Shown here piece by piece: positions 43,101-50,509 of a stretch of DNA of 56,175 bases; within the stretch, counting starts at the first letter, position 1; each line of letters opens with the position of its first letter. The notes below the pieces were generated by a model. It ran no database searches. It saw only the letters and a program-made list of their open reading frames with translations, and was not told where the DNA came from. This DNA comes from Dehalococcoidia bacterium (GTDB taxonomy: Bacteria > Chloroflexota > Dehalococcoidia > GIF9 > JAUXIO01), in NCBI GenBank assembly GCA_030620975.1, contig JAUXIO010000002.1, positions 1 to 56,175 on the forward strand, read 5' to 3'. The translations under genes and the position numbers were made by a program.

Positions 43101-43284
43101 GAGACAACACGTGATGAATTCCGGGACTGCCATTAGCTGTGGGCGGACCCTCGTAGAACACGAAATGCGGCGCACCTTGTCTCGCTCGGACACTTTTCTC
43201 AAAAATATGGTGCTCCCTCCAAAAACGGAGAACGCGCTCCTCGAACAGGGTAAAATTTACTTTACTGCTTACAGGCTGGAACAT
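40168..43284 (-). CDS. ileS: Isoleucine--tRNA ligase
   Basis: 1038 aa. A HIGH-type PPTANGSPGIHH motif, KMSKAKGN (KMSKS) and the CP1 editing domain. Confidence 0.96.
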   Translation of the reverse strand: MFQPVSSKVNFTLFEERVLRFWREHHIFEKSVRARQGAPHFVFYEGPPTANGSPGIHHVLSRTFKDVISRYKAMRGYYAPRKAGWDTHGLPVELEIEKMLGFTGKAQIEEYGVARFNEHCRESVFEYIKQWEAVTERIGSWLDMEHPYITLDNGYIESCWWAIKQLWDKGLIYQGYKVTPHCPRCGTSLSSHEVALGYRNDAEDPSVYIKFKLKPASVATTSLEPFFHAFSSKPAYFLAWTTTPWTLPGNTALAVAPEAEYSLMEGKDDYLIIASVLIDKVGLKGYCEVTRVKGADIAGMQKGLRYEPLFNPHEYGVERKQFKEYYRRPGPWLEVLEIRSADKDLSFPVIDADFVSMEEGTGIVHVAPAYGEVDYEAGVDNDLDFVHTVDLEGKVIGTYPPELPLAGKFVKDADPIILDDLASRGLLYRSEWITHTYPFCWRCEAPLLYYAKRTWYIRTTAVKERLISGNAEINWHPEYIKHGRFGDWLENNVDWAFSRERYWGTPLNIWHCESCSSYECIGSIEELKSKPGVELSLVTPKLIKGELDLHRPFVDEIIFTCSNCGGEMRRQAEVIDCWFDSGAMPIAQWHYPFENRDEFEQNFPADFICEAIDQTRGWFYSLHAIAILLFNRPCFKNVICLGHVLDAEGEKMSKAKGNVVDPWTVVNSYGADALRWYFFTSSPAANVRRFSTEMVAETMRRFLMTLWNTYSFFVIYANIDRFDPKLAVTPPPSELDRWILSELNQLIVAVTEALDNYEPTAAARKFEDFLDQLSNWYVRRSRRRFWKSENDDDKLAAYFTLYSCLVTLSKLLAPFTPFIAEELYQNLVRSVDPEARESVHLADFPVADIDKIDEQLSADIRLAVKISSLGRAVRSKAGIKVRQPLARILIKVDSKRRGEALERLSDQILNEINVKEMELTDRELPDDAAGYAMAREGDYWVAIATGLSPGLVAEGAAREIVRRLQNMRRSAGFDIADHIVTYYRAEASMGKVITQFADYIKQETLSHELIEGIPEAEVYVESYSINGSKVVLGVRKFE

Positions 43285-43287
43285 GGC

Positions 43288-43941
43288 TCAAACCCCTTTA
43301 TATGAAATAACCACTTTCCGCTTCCCAGCCTCATCTACACTCTCAGTGGTAACAGCGGGGTGATCGGCCAGCGCCAAATGAATAATGCGGCGCTCATCGG
43401 ATGGCATTGGCTCAAGGGTTATCAAGTGCCGGCTCCTTTTCACCTGCTCCGCCAAGCGCAGAGCCAAACCTCGCAAAACCTCATAGCGGTGCCTTTTATA
43501 ATCACCGACATCGATAGTTATTGGCAGCCACCTCTTCAGCCCATGAGCTGTTATAAGTTTAACAATATATTGCAGAGCGGCAAGATTTTGACCGTGATGG
43601 CCAATCAGAATACCCGAATCTTCGCCTTCAATGCTCAATGTTACAGGCATCTCATCTGAAGATGCCGGAACATCTTTAATTACAGCTGCTACTCCCATTA
43701 ACTCAAGTAATTTCTCTAGAACTCCCCTCGCTTCTCTGACTGCGTCCTGCTCCCCTCCCAACCCAACTAGTGGCTTTACTCTAACCAGCGCATTCTCGCT
43801 CCCCAACCCAAAAATTCCAGATCTGCCTTCCCTTAGAACAGCTATTTCTGCTTGCTCATGAGTCAAACCCAATTGCTCCAAGCCCTGCTGGATAGCTTCT
43901 TCTACCGTTTTAGCACTTATTTCCAAGTCCTTCATATTCAT
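43288..43941 (-). CDS. khpB: Jag/KhpB RNA-binding protein (Jag_N, KH, R3H)
   Basis: 217 aa. C-terminal R3H-like LEPMPSDERRIIHLAL. Sits directly downstream of yidC, as in many bacteria. Confidence 0.88.
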   Translation of the reverse strand: MNMKDLEISAKTVEEAIQQGLEQLGLTHEQAEIAVLREGRSGIFGLGSENALVRVKPLVGLGGEQDAVREARGVLEKLLELMGVAAVIKDVPASSDEMPVTLSIEGEDSGILIGHHGQNLAALQYIVKLITAHGLKRWLPITIDVGDYKRHRYEVLRGLALRLAEQVKRSRHLITLEPMPSDERRIIHLALADHPAVTTESVDEAGKRKVVISYKGV

Positions 43942-43947
43942 TTATTT

Positions 43948-44757
43948 CTACTTAGAAACTCGCTTCGATGTTGGCTTAGCTTGTGGTTTGGGCAATGCCT
44001 TTCCACCTTCTCCACTGGCAGCCGGTGCCAGAGCGGGCGGAGCCCGCAAATAGCCCCAGCCGCCGCTAACAAAATATTGAATCGCAATACCAATTATATT
44101 AGAAACTACCCAGTAAAGAGCCAAACCAGCGGGAAACTGCAAGACGAGAAAGCCAAACATGAGTGGCATCATCAGCAGCGTCATATTATTCATACTCCGC
44201 TGCTGTGGATCAGTAGCCGGTGCCGTTACCATTTTCTGTTGCACCCACATTGTGCCGCCAACTACGAGAGCTAAAATGAGCGTAGTATCAGGTTGCGCTA
44301 AATTAAGCCCCAAGAAATTCTCATTCAGCGGCACCGCCCGACTCACCATTGACCAAGAATAAAGATGTTGGGAGAGATCCAACAAGTTCTCAGGAGTGGC
44401 TGCTAAAGCCCGAATGATAGACTGATAAAGAGCAATCCAAATGGGCAGCTGGACCAGCATTGGCCACACACAGCCTAAGGGGTTTATGCCACCTTCTTTA
44501 TAAAGCTTTGCTACTTCCCGCTGAAGTTTTTCTTTATCTCTGGCATATTTCTTCTGGAGCTCTTGAAGTTTGGGTTGCAGTGCTGACATAGCCTTAGTAG
44601 ACCTGAGCTGCCGCAAAGTAAGCGGTAGAAGTATCAAGCGAACAACAATGGTGAGAAAGATAATCGCTAGTCCAAAGTTGCCAAACAGCACGTCGGATAA
44701 GGCGATTAAACTATTCAGCAGGGGGTCAAGAATCACACCATTCCACAGCTCAATCAT
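43948..44757 (-). CDS. yidC: Membrane protein insertase YidC (short, Gram-positive-like)
   Basis: GLAIIFLTIVVRLILLPLTLRQ, QPKLQELQKKY and GCVWPMLVQLPIWIALY. Confidence 0.93.
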   Translation of the reverse strand: MIELWNGVILDPLLNSLIALSDVLFGNFGLAIIFLTIVVRLILLPLTLRQLRSTKAMSALQPKLQELQKKYARDKEKLQREVAKLYKEGGINPLGCVWPMLVQLPIWIALYQSIIRALAATPENLLDLSQHLYSWSMVSRAVPLNENFLGLNLAQPDTTLILALVVGGTMWVQQKMVTAPATDPQQRSMNNMTLLMMPLMFGFLVLQFPAGLALYWVVSNIIGIAIQYFVSGGWGYLRAPPALAPAASGEGGKALPKPQAKPTSKRVSK

Positions 44758-44766
44758 GATTAAAAA

Positions 44767-45996
44767 TCACCAACCCCGCTTAGCTAGAGAGAATTTCCAA
44801 ACTATCTCTCCAGTCTGCGGCCTAGTGGCATAAAGGGAATCATCTTTAGCGTGAGCATAAACTATGCCCTCACGAGCATAAATGGGCGCCAATACAGGAA
44901 TGCCAAGGGACATACTTCGCTCGCATTCACCACTGCCAGCCTTCAATACATGCACCTCCCCTGACTGCGAAGCCACTACCAGAAGGTCTCCAACTAAAAC
45001 TGGAGCAGAAACAACGGGATCTCCAGCATCAAATTGCCATAGCTCTTTCCCGGTCTTAACCTCAATCGCATAGACTTTATGGTCAAGGCAACTGGCATAA
45101 ACGGTATCACCATCAACTAAGGGACATGTCCAGAACCAGTTTCCACCTTGAAACTTCCACTTCTCCTCACCACTATCAACATCAATGGCGTAAAGACAGC
45201 GGTCAAAAGAACCAAAGAAAACACAATCATCACAAATCACTGGAGATGAAGCTATAGCTGCCGGCGCTTCAAACTTCCATAATAGGTGACCATCCTGAGT
45301 TGACAAAGCACAAAGTTCACCATCAAAATTACCAATACAAACAATATCGTCTTTAACTGCTGGAGATACCCATATTTTTCCCTCCAGTTCAAACTGCCAC
45401 TTACAATATCCCTTCTCAGCATCCAAGGCATAAACCTTACCTTCAGAGGTGCCAACATAGACGGTGTCTCCAGCAATCACCGGTGTGCCAACAACTGCTC
45501 CAAACTGTGTCCTCCCAGTGCCGGAAATTTGCGGAGGTGGATAAATCCATTCCCCTTCAGTCCACACCGGAAAATCAATTCCCCGAATTCGAATTGATGG
45601 ATTTATAGCAAAAACTTTGCCCTCTAATGTTTTACTATCACAAACGCCAACATAAACAAAATCTTCAGCTACGCTTGGTGTACCATAGATATTGCCCTGT
45701 GCAACAGCTGAAGCACAGGCAGTCTGCCCTCTAGAACCTGAGAATTTAACCGGGCAAGCCCATTCTCCCTCCGCGGGAAAACTAAGTCCCTGACTTCGGG
45801 CTGACGGATTTACCGCTACTATATTACCATCCATAGAGCCAATATAAAGAATATCATTATAAGCCACAGCCCCTGACCACCCCTGGGGACGTGCCCCGGT
45901 ACAACCGAAGACGCTCAAGCCGAGCAGGCAAGAGAGAATTAAAACAAACAGTATTTTACCTCGTTTCACTTCACTAACCTTGAGTCTACTCCTCAC
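44767..45996 (-). CDS. PQQ-like beta-propeller repeat lipoprotein (BamB-like fold)
   Basis: Signal peptide with a probable lipobox LSVFGC. Repeated G-x-VYA(L/I)D...G...W(K/Q)F blades (GKVYALDAEKGYCKWQF, LYAIDVDSGEEKWKF, KVYAIEVKTGKELWQF). Confidence 0.85.
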   Translation of the reverse strand: MRSRLKVSEVKRGKILFVLILSCLLGLSVFGCTGARPQGWSGAVAYNDILYIGSMDGNIVAVNPSARSQGLSFPAEGEWACPVKFSGSRGQTACASAVAQGNIYGTPSVAEDFVYVGVCDSKTLEGKVFAINPSIRIRGIDFPVWTEGEWIYPPPQISGTGRTQFGAVVGTPVIAGDTVYVGTSEGKVYALDAEKGYCKWQFELEGKIWVSPAVKDDIVCIGNFDGELCALSTQDGHLLWKFEAPAAIASSPVICDDCVFFGSFDRCLYAIDVDSGEEKWKFQGGNWFWTCPLVDGDTVYASCLDHKVYAIEVKTGKELWQFDAGDPVVSAPVLVGDLLVVASQSGEVHVLKAGSGECERSMSLGIPVLAPIYAREGIVYAHAKDDSLYATRPQTGEIVWKFSLAKRGW

Positions 45997-46019
45997 TCAG
46001 TCCAGACATGGAATAAAAG

Positions 46020-46229
46020 TCACGGTACAGGGTCATAGCCACCGTGACAAAAGGGATGACAACGAGTCAGACGCCTAGACGTCAGCCAAATTCCTTTAAT
46101 CAATCCATACTTCCTTATTGCCTCATAAGCATACTGAGAGCAAGTGGGGCTATAACGACAAGAGGCAAAAGTAACTTGTGATACTGTGCGCTGATATAGC
46201 TTTATTAGTTTAAGTACCAACCGCTTCAT
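46020..46229 (-). CDS. yidD: Membrane protein insertion efficiency factor YidD
   Basis: [11 protein letters not shown]...[19 protein letters not shown]...[16 protein letters not shown]. Confidence 0.95.
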   Translation of the reverse strand: MKRLVLKLIKLYQRTVSQVTFASCRYSPTCSQYAYEAIRKYGLIKGIWLTSRRLTRCHPFCHGGYDPVP

Positions 46230-46563
46230 TACTATCTTTCAATAATTGAGCCCGAGCTAGCAACCTGTTTATCACCCTCTCAAGTTGATGATAATCAACT
46301 GCAGTCACTGCAGGACGCGCAATAAACACAATATCCCATCCCGGCTTTATTGGCGCCTTACGCACTACCTCCCTAATTAGTCGCTTCACTCGGTTGCGCA
46401 CTACCGCCCCACCCACATTCTTGCCTACAGAAAAACCATACCGGTTTTGCTCTAATCCATTGGGTAACGCTTTCACCACCAGTATATCACTTGCCCACGC
46501 CCTACCACCCTTATAAACAGAAACATATTGTTTCCTCTGCTTCAGAGCCCAAACCGTCCTCAT
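46210..46563 (-). CDS. rnpA: Ribonuclease P protein component
   Basis: 117 aa. [25 protein letters not shown] is the RNR-motif region. Overlaps yidD by 20 nt. Confidence 0.93.
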   Translation of the reverse strand: MRTVWALKQRKQYVSVYKGGRAWASDILVVKALPNGLEQNRYGFSVGKNVGGAVVRNRVKRLIREVVRKAPIKPGWDIVFIARPAVTAVDYHQLERVINRLLARAQLLKDSNEAVGT

Positions 46564-46570
46564 AGCCTAA

Positions 46571-46711
46571 TTATGCCGGGGTCAATCGCCAACGATTTTT
46601 AAGACGCCTCGCTTTCAAAATAGCGCGCCCACCCCGAGTGGTCATTCTGGCTCTGAAACCGTGCTTACGCTTCCGGCGTAAACGCTTTGGCTGATATGTA
46701 CGCTTCGGCAC
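46571..46711 (-). CDS. rpmH: 50S ribosomal protein L34
   Basis: Below the ORF-track size cut-off. Reverse-strand reading from GTG gives (M)[50 protein letters not shown] lies upstream. Confidence 0.93.
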   Translation of the reverse strand: MPKRTYQPKRLRRKRKHGFRARMTTRGGRAILKARRLKNRWRLTPA

Positions 46712-46732
46712 CCCATATCTCCTCGAATATCA

Positions 46733-47023
46733 TTAACGCAAACTTACGCCACTCAACCTGATGTGGTCTGGTGTGTATGGTAGCAAGGCTAGATGCCGAG
46801 CTCGCTTTATTGCTAACGCCAAACGACGCTGATGTTTAGCACAAAAATTTGTTTTGCGCCGTGGCATAATCCGACCACGGTCGGAAAGATAACGGCGCAG
46901 CTTAGAAACATCCTTGTAATCTATCGTTTTAACTTTTTCAGCACAAAGGGAGCAAACCCTTGGCCTCCGGATAAATCTTCGCCCCCGTTCACTAGCTGCT
47001 CCCGCCCTTCTTACATCAGCCAT
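46733..47023 (-). CDS. rpsR: 30S ribosomal protein S18
   Basis: [50 protein letters not shown]. Confidence 0.96.
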   Translation of the reverse strand: MADVRRAGAASERGRRFIRRPRVCSLCAEKVKTIDYKDVSKLRRYLSDRGRIMPRRKTNFCAKHQRRLALAIKRARHLALLPYTPDHIRLSGVSLR

Positions 47024-47054
47024 CTATTCATACCCCTTTGGTCCAAAATTAACT

Positions 47055-47450
47055 TCAGAACGGTAGATTCTCTGGTTCCACTTCCTCAGCAGTCGGCTCT
47101 TCAGGAAGTGCAGCCAAAGGCTGCCTATCAAGAAAGAGTACGCGGTTTGCCACTACCTCAACTCGAGAATGCTTCTGCCCGTCTTGCCCTTCCCAACTGC
47201 GAGTCTGCAACCTACCTTCAACATAAACTCGTTGCCCCTTAGTCAAGAACTGATTACAGCTCTCTGCCTGCTTCTTCCAGGCAACTATTGTAAACCATTC
47301 AGTTTCCTGCTTCCGCTCCCCATCAGGTCCGGTATAAAACCGATTAGTAGCGAGACGAAAGGAAGTTACCGGATTACCACTCGGGGTAAACCGCATTTCA
47401 GGCTCCGTGCCCACATTTCCAATAAGCATCACTCTGTTTAAGCTTGCCAT
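47055..47450 (-). CDS. ssb: Single-stranded DNA-binding protein
   Basis: LNRVMLIGNVGTEPEMRFTPSGNPVTSFRLA (OB fold) and an acidic C-terminal tail EPENLPF. Confidence 0.96.
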   Translation of the reverse strand: MASLNRVMLIGNVGTEPEMRFTPSGNPVTSFRLATNRFYTGPDGERKQETEWFTIVAWKKQAESCNQFLTKGQRVYVEGRLQTRSWEGQDGQKHSRVEVVANRVLFLDRQPLAALPEEPTAEEVEPENLPF

Positions 47451-47470
47451 AACCCTGATACTCCCTTCAT

Positions 47471-47758
47471 CTAACTACCAACCTTTAGCACCAAATGACG
47501 CAAAATCTCATCTGAAATCCTAAGATCGGCTTCAAAATCTCTAATTAATTTTGGCTCTAGCTTAAACCGAGATAGAATATAATTACCCTCCATAAACTTA
47601 CCTATGGGATAAGCCAACTTCTTCCTGCCCCACTGCTCCACCTCATCCACAGTCCCACCCTTTTCAGTAATAAACCTGCTCAGCTTTTCAACAATATTGG
47701 GTAGCTCATCATCACCAACTTCAGGGTTAATAACCACCACAAATTCATAATCTCGCAC
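47471..47758 (-). CDS. rpsF: 30S ribosomal protein S6
   Basis: (M)RDYEFVVVINPEV... A GTG at 47758 with AAGGTGA 8 nt upstream is preferred over the track TTG start at 47782. Confidence 0.93.
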   Translation of the reverse strand: MRDYEFVVVINPEVGDDELPNIVEKLSRFITEKGGTVDEVEQWGRKKLAYPIGKFMEGNYILSRFKLEPKLIRDFEADLRISDEILRHLVLKVGS

Positions 47759-47791
47759 TATACTACTCACCTTCAGGCTCAAAGTTCCGTC

Positions 47792-47821
47792 ATTATAGCA
47801 CAGTGAAGAAAATTACAACAA
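47792..47821 (-). promoter_or_regulatory. Promoter candidate for the rpsF-led array
   Basis: On the minus strand: TTGTTG (47821-47816), 18-nt spacer, TATAAT (47797-47792) with an upstream TG (TGcTATAAT, extended -10). Confidence 0.5.
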
Positions 47822-47836
47822 GCCTCTGGTCTCAAG

Positions 47837-47865
47837 TTGACACAGCTAAAGCCCCATTATAGACT
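47837..47865 (+). promoter_or_regulatory. Promoter candidate for tRNA-Asp
   Basis: TTGACA (47837-47842), 17-nt spacer, TAGACT (47860-47865). The tRNA 5' end is 9 nt downstream. Confidence 0.5.
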
Positions 47866-47873
47866 GTGAGGAC

Positions 47874-47947
47874 GGCCCCGTGGTGTAGCGGACTAACATG
47901 CCACCCTGTCACGGTGGAGATCGGGGGTTCGAATCCCCCCGGGGTCG
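47874..47947 (+). tRNA. tRNA-Asp (anticodon GUC)
   Basis: GGCCCCGTGGTGTAGCGGACTAACATGCCACCCTGTCACGGTGGAGATCGGGGGTTCGAATCCCCCCGGGGTCG. Acceptor GGCCCCG/CGGGGTC, anticodon stem CCACC/GGTGG, loop CT-GTC-AC, T-arm GGGGG-TTCGAAT-CCCCC. No CCA is encoded. Confidence 0.95.
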
Positions 47948-48139
47948 CATGTTTGGATTTTTAACACTCGGAGTTTACTTGGCCTTGTTTGACATACTTA
48001 CTCAAGCCAATCACAAGGTGCCAGCTTCACTCTGGTTACAGCTCATCAAACATCATAAGGTCCATATAGTTCAGCTAAAGAATGAAATTTCGCAAGTCGC
48101 ACGCAGCAAAGCTAATGTATAATAACAAAATATCGAGTT

Positions 48140-50452
48140 ATGACCGAGGTTTCAATGTTAGAATTAGCCAGAATAAATGCCCGCGGTGTAGTTCAAGGGG
48201 TCGGCTTCAGACCCTTTGTCTACCGACTAGCCAGTAAGTATAACTTGAAAGGCTGGGTGTATAATACTTCTGAAGATGTTAAGATTGAAGTTCAGGGAGA
48301 AAGAAAAGGCATAGAGTGCTTTCTATTAGAGCTCCAAGATAATGCTCCACCACTGGCCCGAATAGAAGACATCTCAGCTACTTATCACCTTCCCGCAGAC
48401 TATACAACATTCGAAATCCGCCGCAGTACTGCCGAAAAAAATAAGTATCAACTCATTTCTCCTGATATCGCCACATGTCAAGCCTGTCTTAAGGAAATTT
48501 TCGACCCCGAAGATAGACGCTACCATTATCCTTTCACCAACTGCACTAACTGTGGACCTCGCTTTACCATAATTGAAGATATCCCCTATGACCGTCCTAA
48601 TACCACCATGCGCTCCTTCAAGATGTGCCCTGAGTGTCAGGTAGAGTATGATAACCCGCTAGACCGTCGCTTTCACGCTCAGCCCAATGCTTGCCCCGAA
48701 TGTGGACCGATACTGGAGCTTGTCAATGCTCATGGAGACCGTATGGCCTGCTCCGACATCATTACCACCGCTGCCCAGTTGCTGAGATCGGGAAAAATCA
48801 TAGCCATTAAGGGTTTAGGCGGTTTTCTTCTAGCTTGCGATGCCACCAATGAGAAAGTTGTTGAACTTTTGCGTTACAGAAAGAGGCGTCCCGCCAAACC
48901 CCTAGCCATAATGGTCGCCGATATAGACGAAGCCAAAAGGCATTGCTATGTATCTGAGGGCGAAGAAAAGCTGCTCACCTCGCCACAAAGTCCCATTGTA
49001 TTAATGCGGTGGAAACCAGATTCCACAGTGTCTCAAGCAGTAGCTCCAAACCTAAAATATCTTGGGGGCATGCTCCCCTATACTCCTCTGCACCACATCC
49101 TGCTGAAAGAGACAAAGCTACCTTTGATAATGACCAGCGGCAATCTTAGCGAAGAACCGATCGCCAAGGACAACGATGAGGCCATAAGGCGGCTCTCGGG
49201 AATTGCCGATTATTTCCTAATTCATAATCGCAATATATATGCCAAGTATGACGACAGCGTAACCATAATAGAAGGAGATAATATCCAGCTCACCCGACGG
49301 GCAAGAGGCTATGCCCCCTATCCTGTTCACCTGACCTTCAAAGCCAAGCAGGTACTCGGCTGTGGCGCCCAACTGAAGAATACTTTTTGCCTGACCAAAG
49401 ACAACTACGCCTTTTTAAGCCAGCACATTGGAGACATGGAAAATCTGGAGACTATGGAGCACTTTGAAAACACCCTGAACCTTTATAAAAAGTTATTCCG
49501 CATTAAGCCTGAGATCATCGCCTACGACCTTCACCCAGAATACCTTTCCACCAAATACGCCCTGGAACTAGCTGGCCAATTCAGCAATATTAAGTTCACC
49601 CCAATTCAACATCACCATGCCCACATTGTCAGCTGTATGGTAGACAACGGGGTTGACGCCCCAGTTATTGGCGTAGCTCTGGATGGCACGGGTTATGGCA
49701 GCGATGGGCACGTCTGGGGGGCAGAATTTCTAGTCGCCGACTACCATAACTTCAAAAGGATGGGGCACCTTCAATACCTGCCTTTACCCGGTGGAGAAGC
49801 AGCTATAAAAAGGCCATACCGAACGGCTATAGGTTATCTCCTCAATTTATTAGGGGAAAATGCCCTCGGCTCTGACCTGGCTTTTCTCAGGGCAATTGAT
49901 AACACCGAAGTCGAGCTTCTCAAACGGCAAATTCAAACTGGCCTTAACACGCCGCTGACCTCAAGCATGGGGCGTTTATTTGATGCCGTGTCAGCTCTAA
50001 TAGGATTGAGAGGAGAAATAGATTATGAAGCTCAAGCAGCCATCGAGCTGGAGATGATAGCTTATGATGCGGTCGGAGAGACCAAAGCTTATCCTTTCCC
50101 CATAATTGAACAAAATGGGGAAAATATACTCAACCTTCGGGAGTTGTTTTCGGCAATAATTTCCGACCTGAAGAGAAAAAACTCCAAGGCAAATATATCG
50201 GCTAAGTTTCATAATGGCTTATCTCAGGCGATTCTCCAAATGTGCCAGATAATTAGCCATGAGTCAGGCAAAACTCAGGTGGCTTTAAGCGGCGGAGTAT
50301 TTCAGAACCGACTATTGTTGAGAAAGGTAATCTCCAATCTCAGCTCAGCCGGCTTTACCGTCCTGACCCATAGTCAGGTACCCTGTAATGACGGGGGAAT
50401 ATCACTGGGACAAGCTGTCATCGCCAATTTCACAGCAGAGCCAAAAGCATGA
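48140..50452 (+). CDS. hypF: [NiFe]-hydrogenase maturation carbamoyltransferase HypF
   Basis: N-terminal acylphosphatase domain (VVQGVGFRPFVYRLA). Two zinc-finger pairs (CQACLKE...CTNCGPRF and CPECQVEY...CPECGP). YrdC-like (IIAIKGLGGFLLACDA) and Kae1-like C-terminal domains. Confidence 0.95.
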   Translation: MTEVSMLELARINARGVVQGVGFRPFVYRLASKYNLKGWVYNTSEDVKIEVQGERKGIECFLLELQDNAPPLARIEDISATYHLPADYTTFEIRRSTAEKNKYQLISPDIATCQACLKEIFDPEDRRYHYPFTNCTNCGPRFTIIEDIPYDRPNTTMRSFKMCPECQVEYDNPLDRRFHAQPNACPECGPILELVNAHGDRMACSDIITTAAQLLRSGKIIAIKGLGGFLLACDATNEKVVELLRYRKRRPAKPLAIMVADIDEAKRHCYVSEGEEKLLTSPQSPIVLMRWKPDSTVSQAVAPNLKYLGGMLPYTPLHHILLKETKLPLIMTSGNLSEEPIAKDNDEAIRRLSGIADYFLIHNRNIYAKYDDSVTIIEGDNIQLTRRARGYAPYPVHLTFKAKQVLGCGAQLKNTFCLTKDNYAFLSQHIGDMENLETMEHFENTLNLYKKLFRIKPEIIAYDLHPEYLSTKYALELAGQFSNIKFTPIQHHHAHIVSCMVDNGVDAPVIGVALDGTGYGSDGHVWGAEFLVADYHNFKRMGHLQYLPLPGGEAAIKRPYRTAIGYLLNLLGENALGSDLAFLRAIDNTEVELLKRQIQTGLNTPLTSSMGRLFDAVSALIGLRGEIDYEAQAAIELEMIAYDAVGETKAYPFPIIEQNGENILNLRELFSAIISDLKRKNSKANISAKFHNGLSQAILQMCQIISHESGKTQVALSGGVFQNRLLLRKVISNLSSAGFTVLTHSQVPCNDGGISLGQAVIANFTAEPKA

Positions 50453-50509
50453 GAGAGCTAGTTATCTCTATGGAAATGTCATAAAAAATTTCCGAAGGGG
50501 CTTGCCTTA

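Noticed and set aside
46564-47873. Replication origin expected next to rpmH-rnpA-yidC
   Set aside because: rpmH is preceded by rpsR, not dnaA. The intergenic regions are tiny and contain no DnaA-box clusters.
47898-48122. 74-aa ORF starting inside tRNA-Asp
   Set aside because: Its first 17 codons are the tRNA sequence (..GGDRGFESPRG..). It has no RBS and the remainder is low-information.
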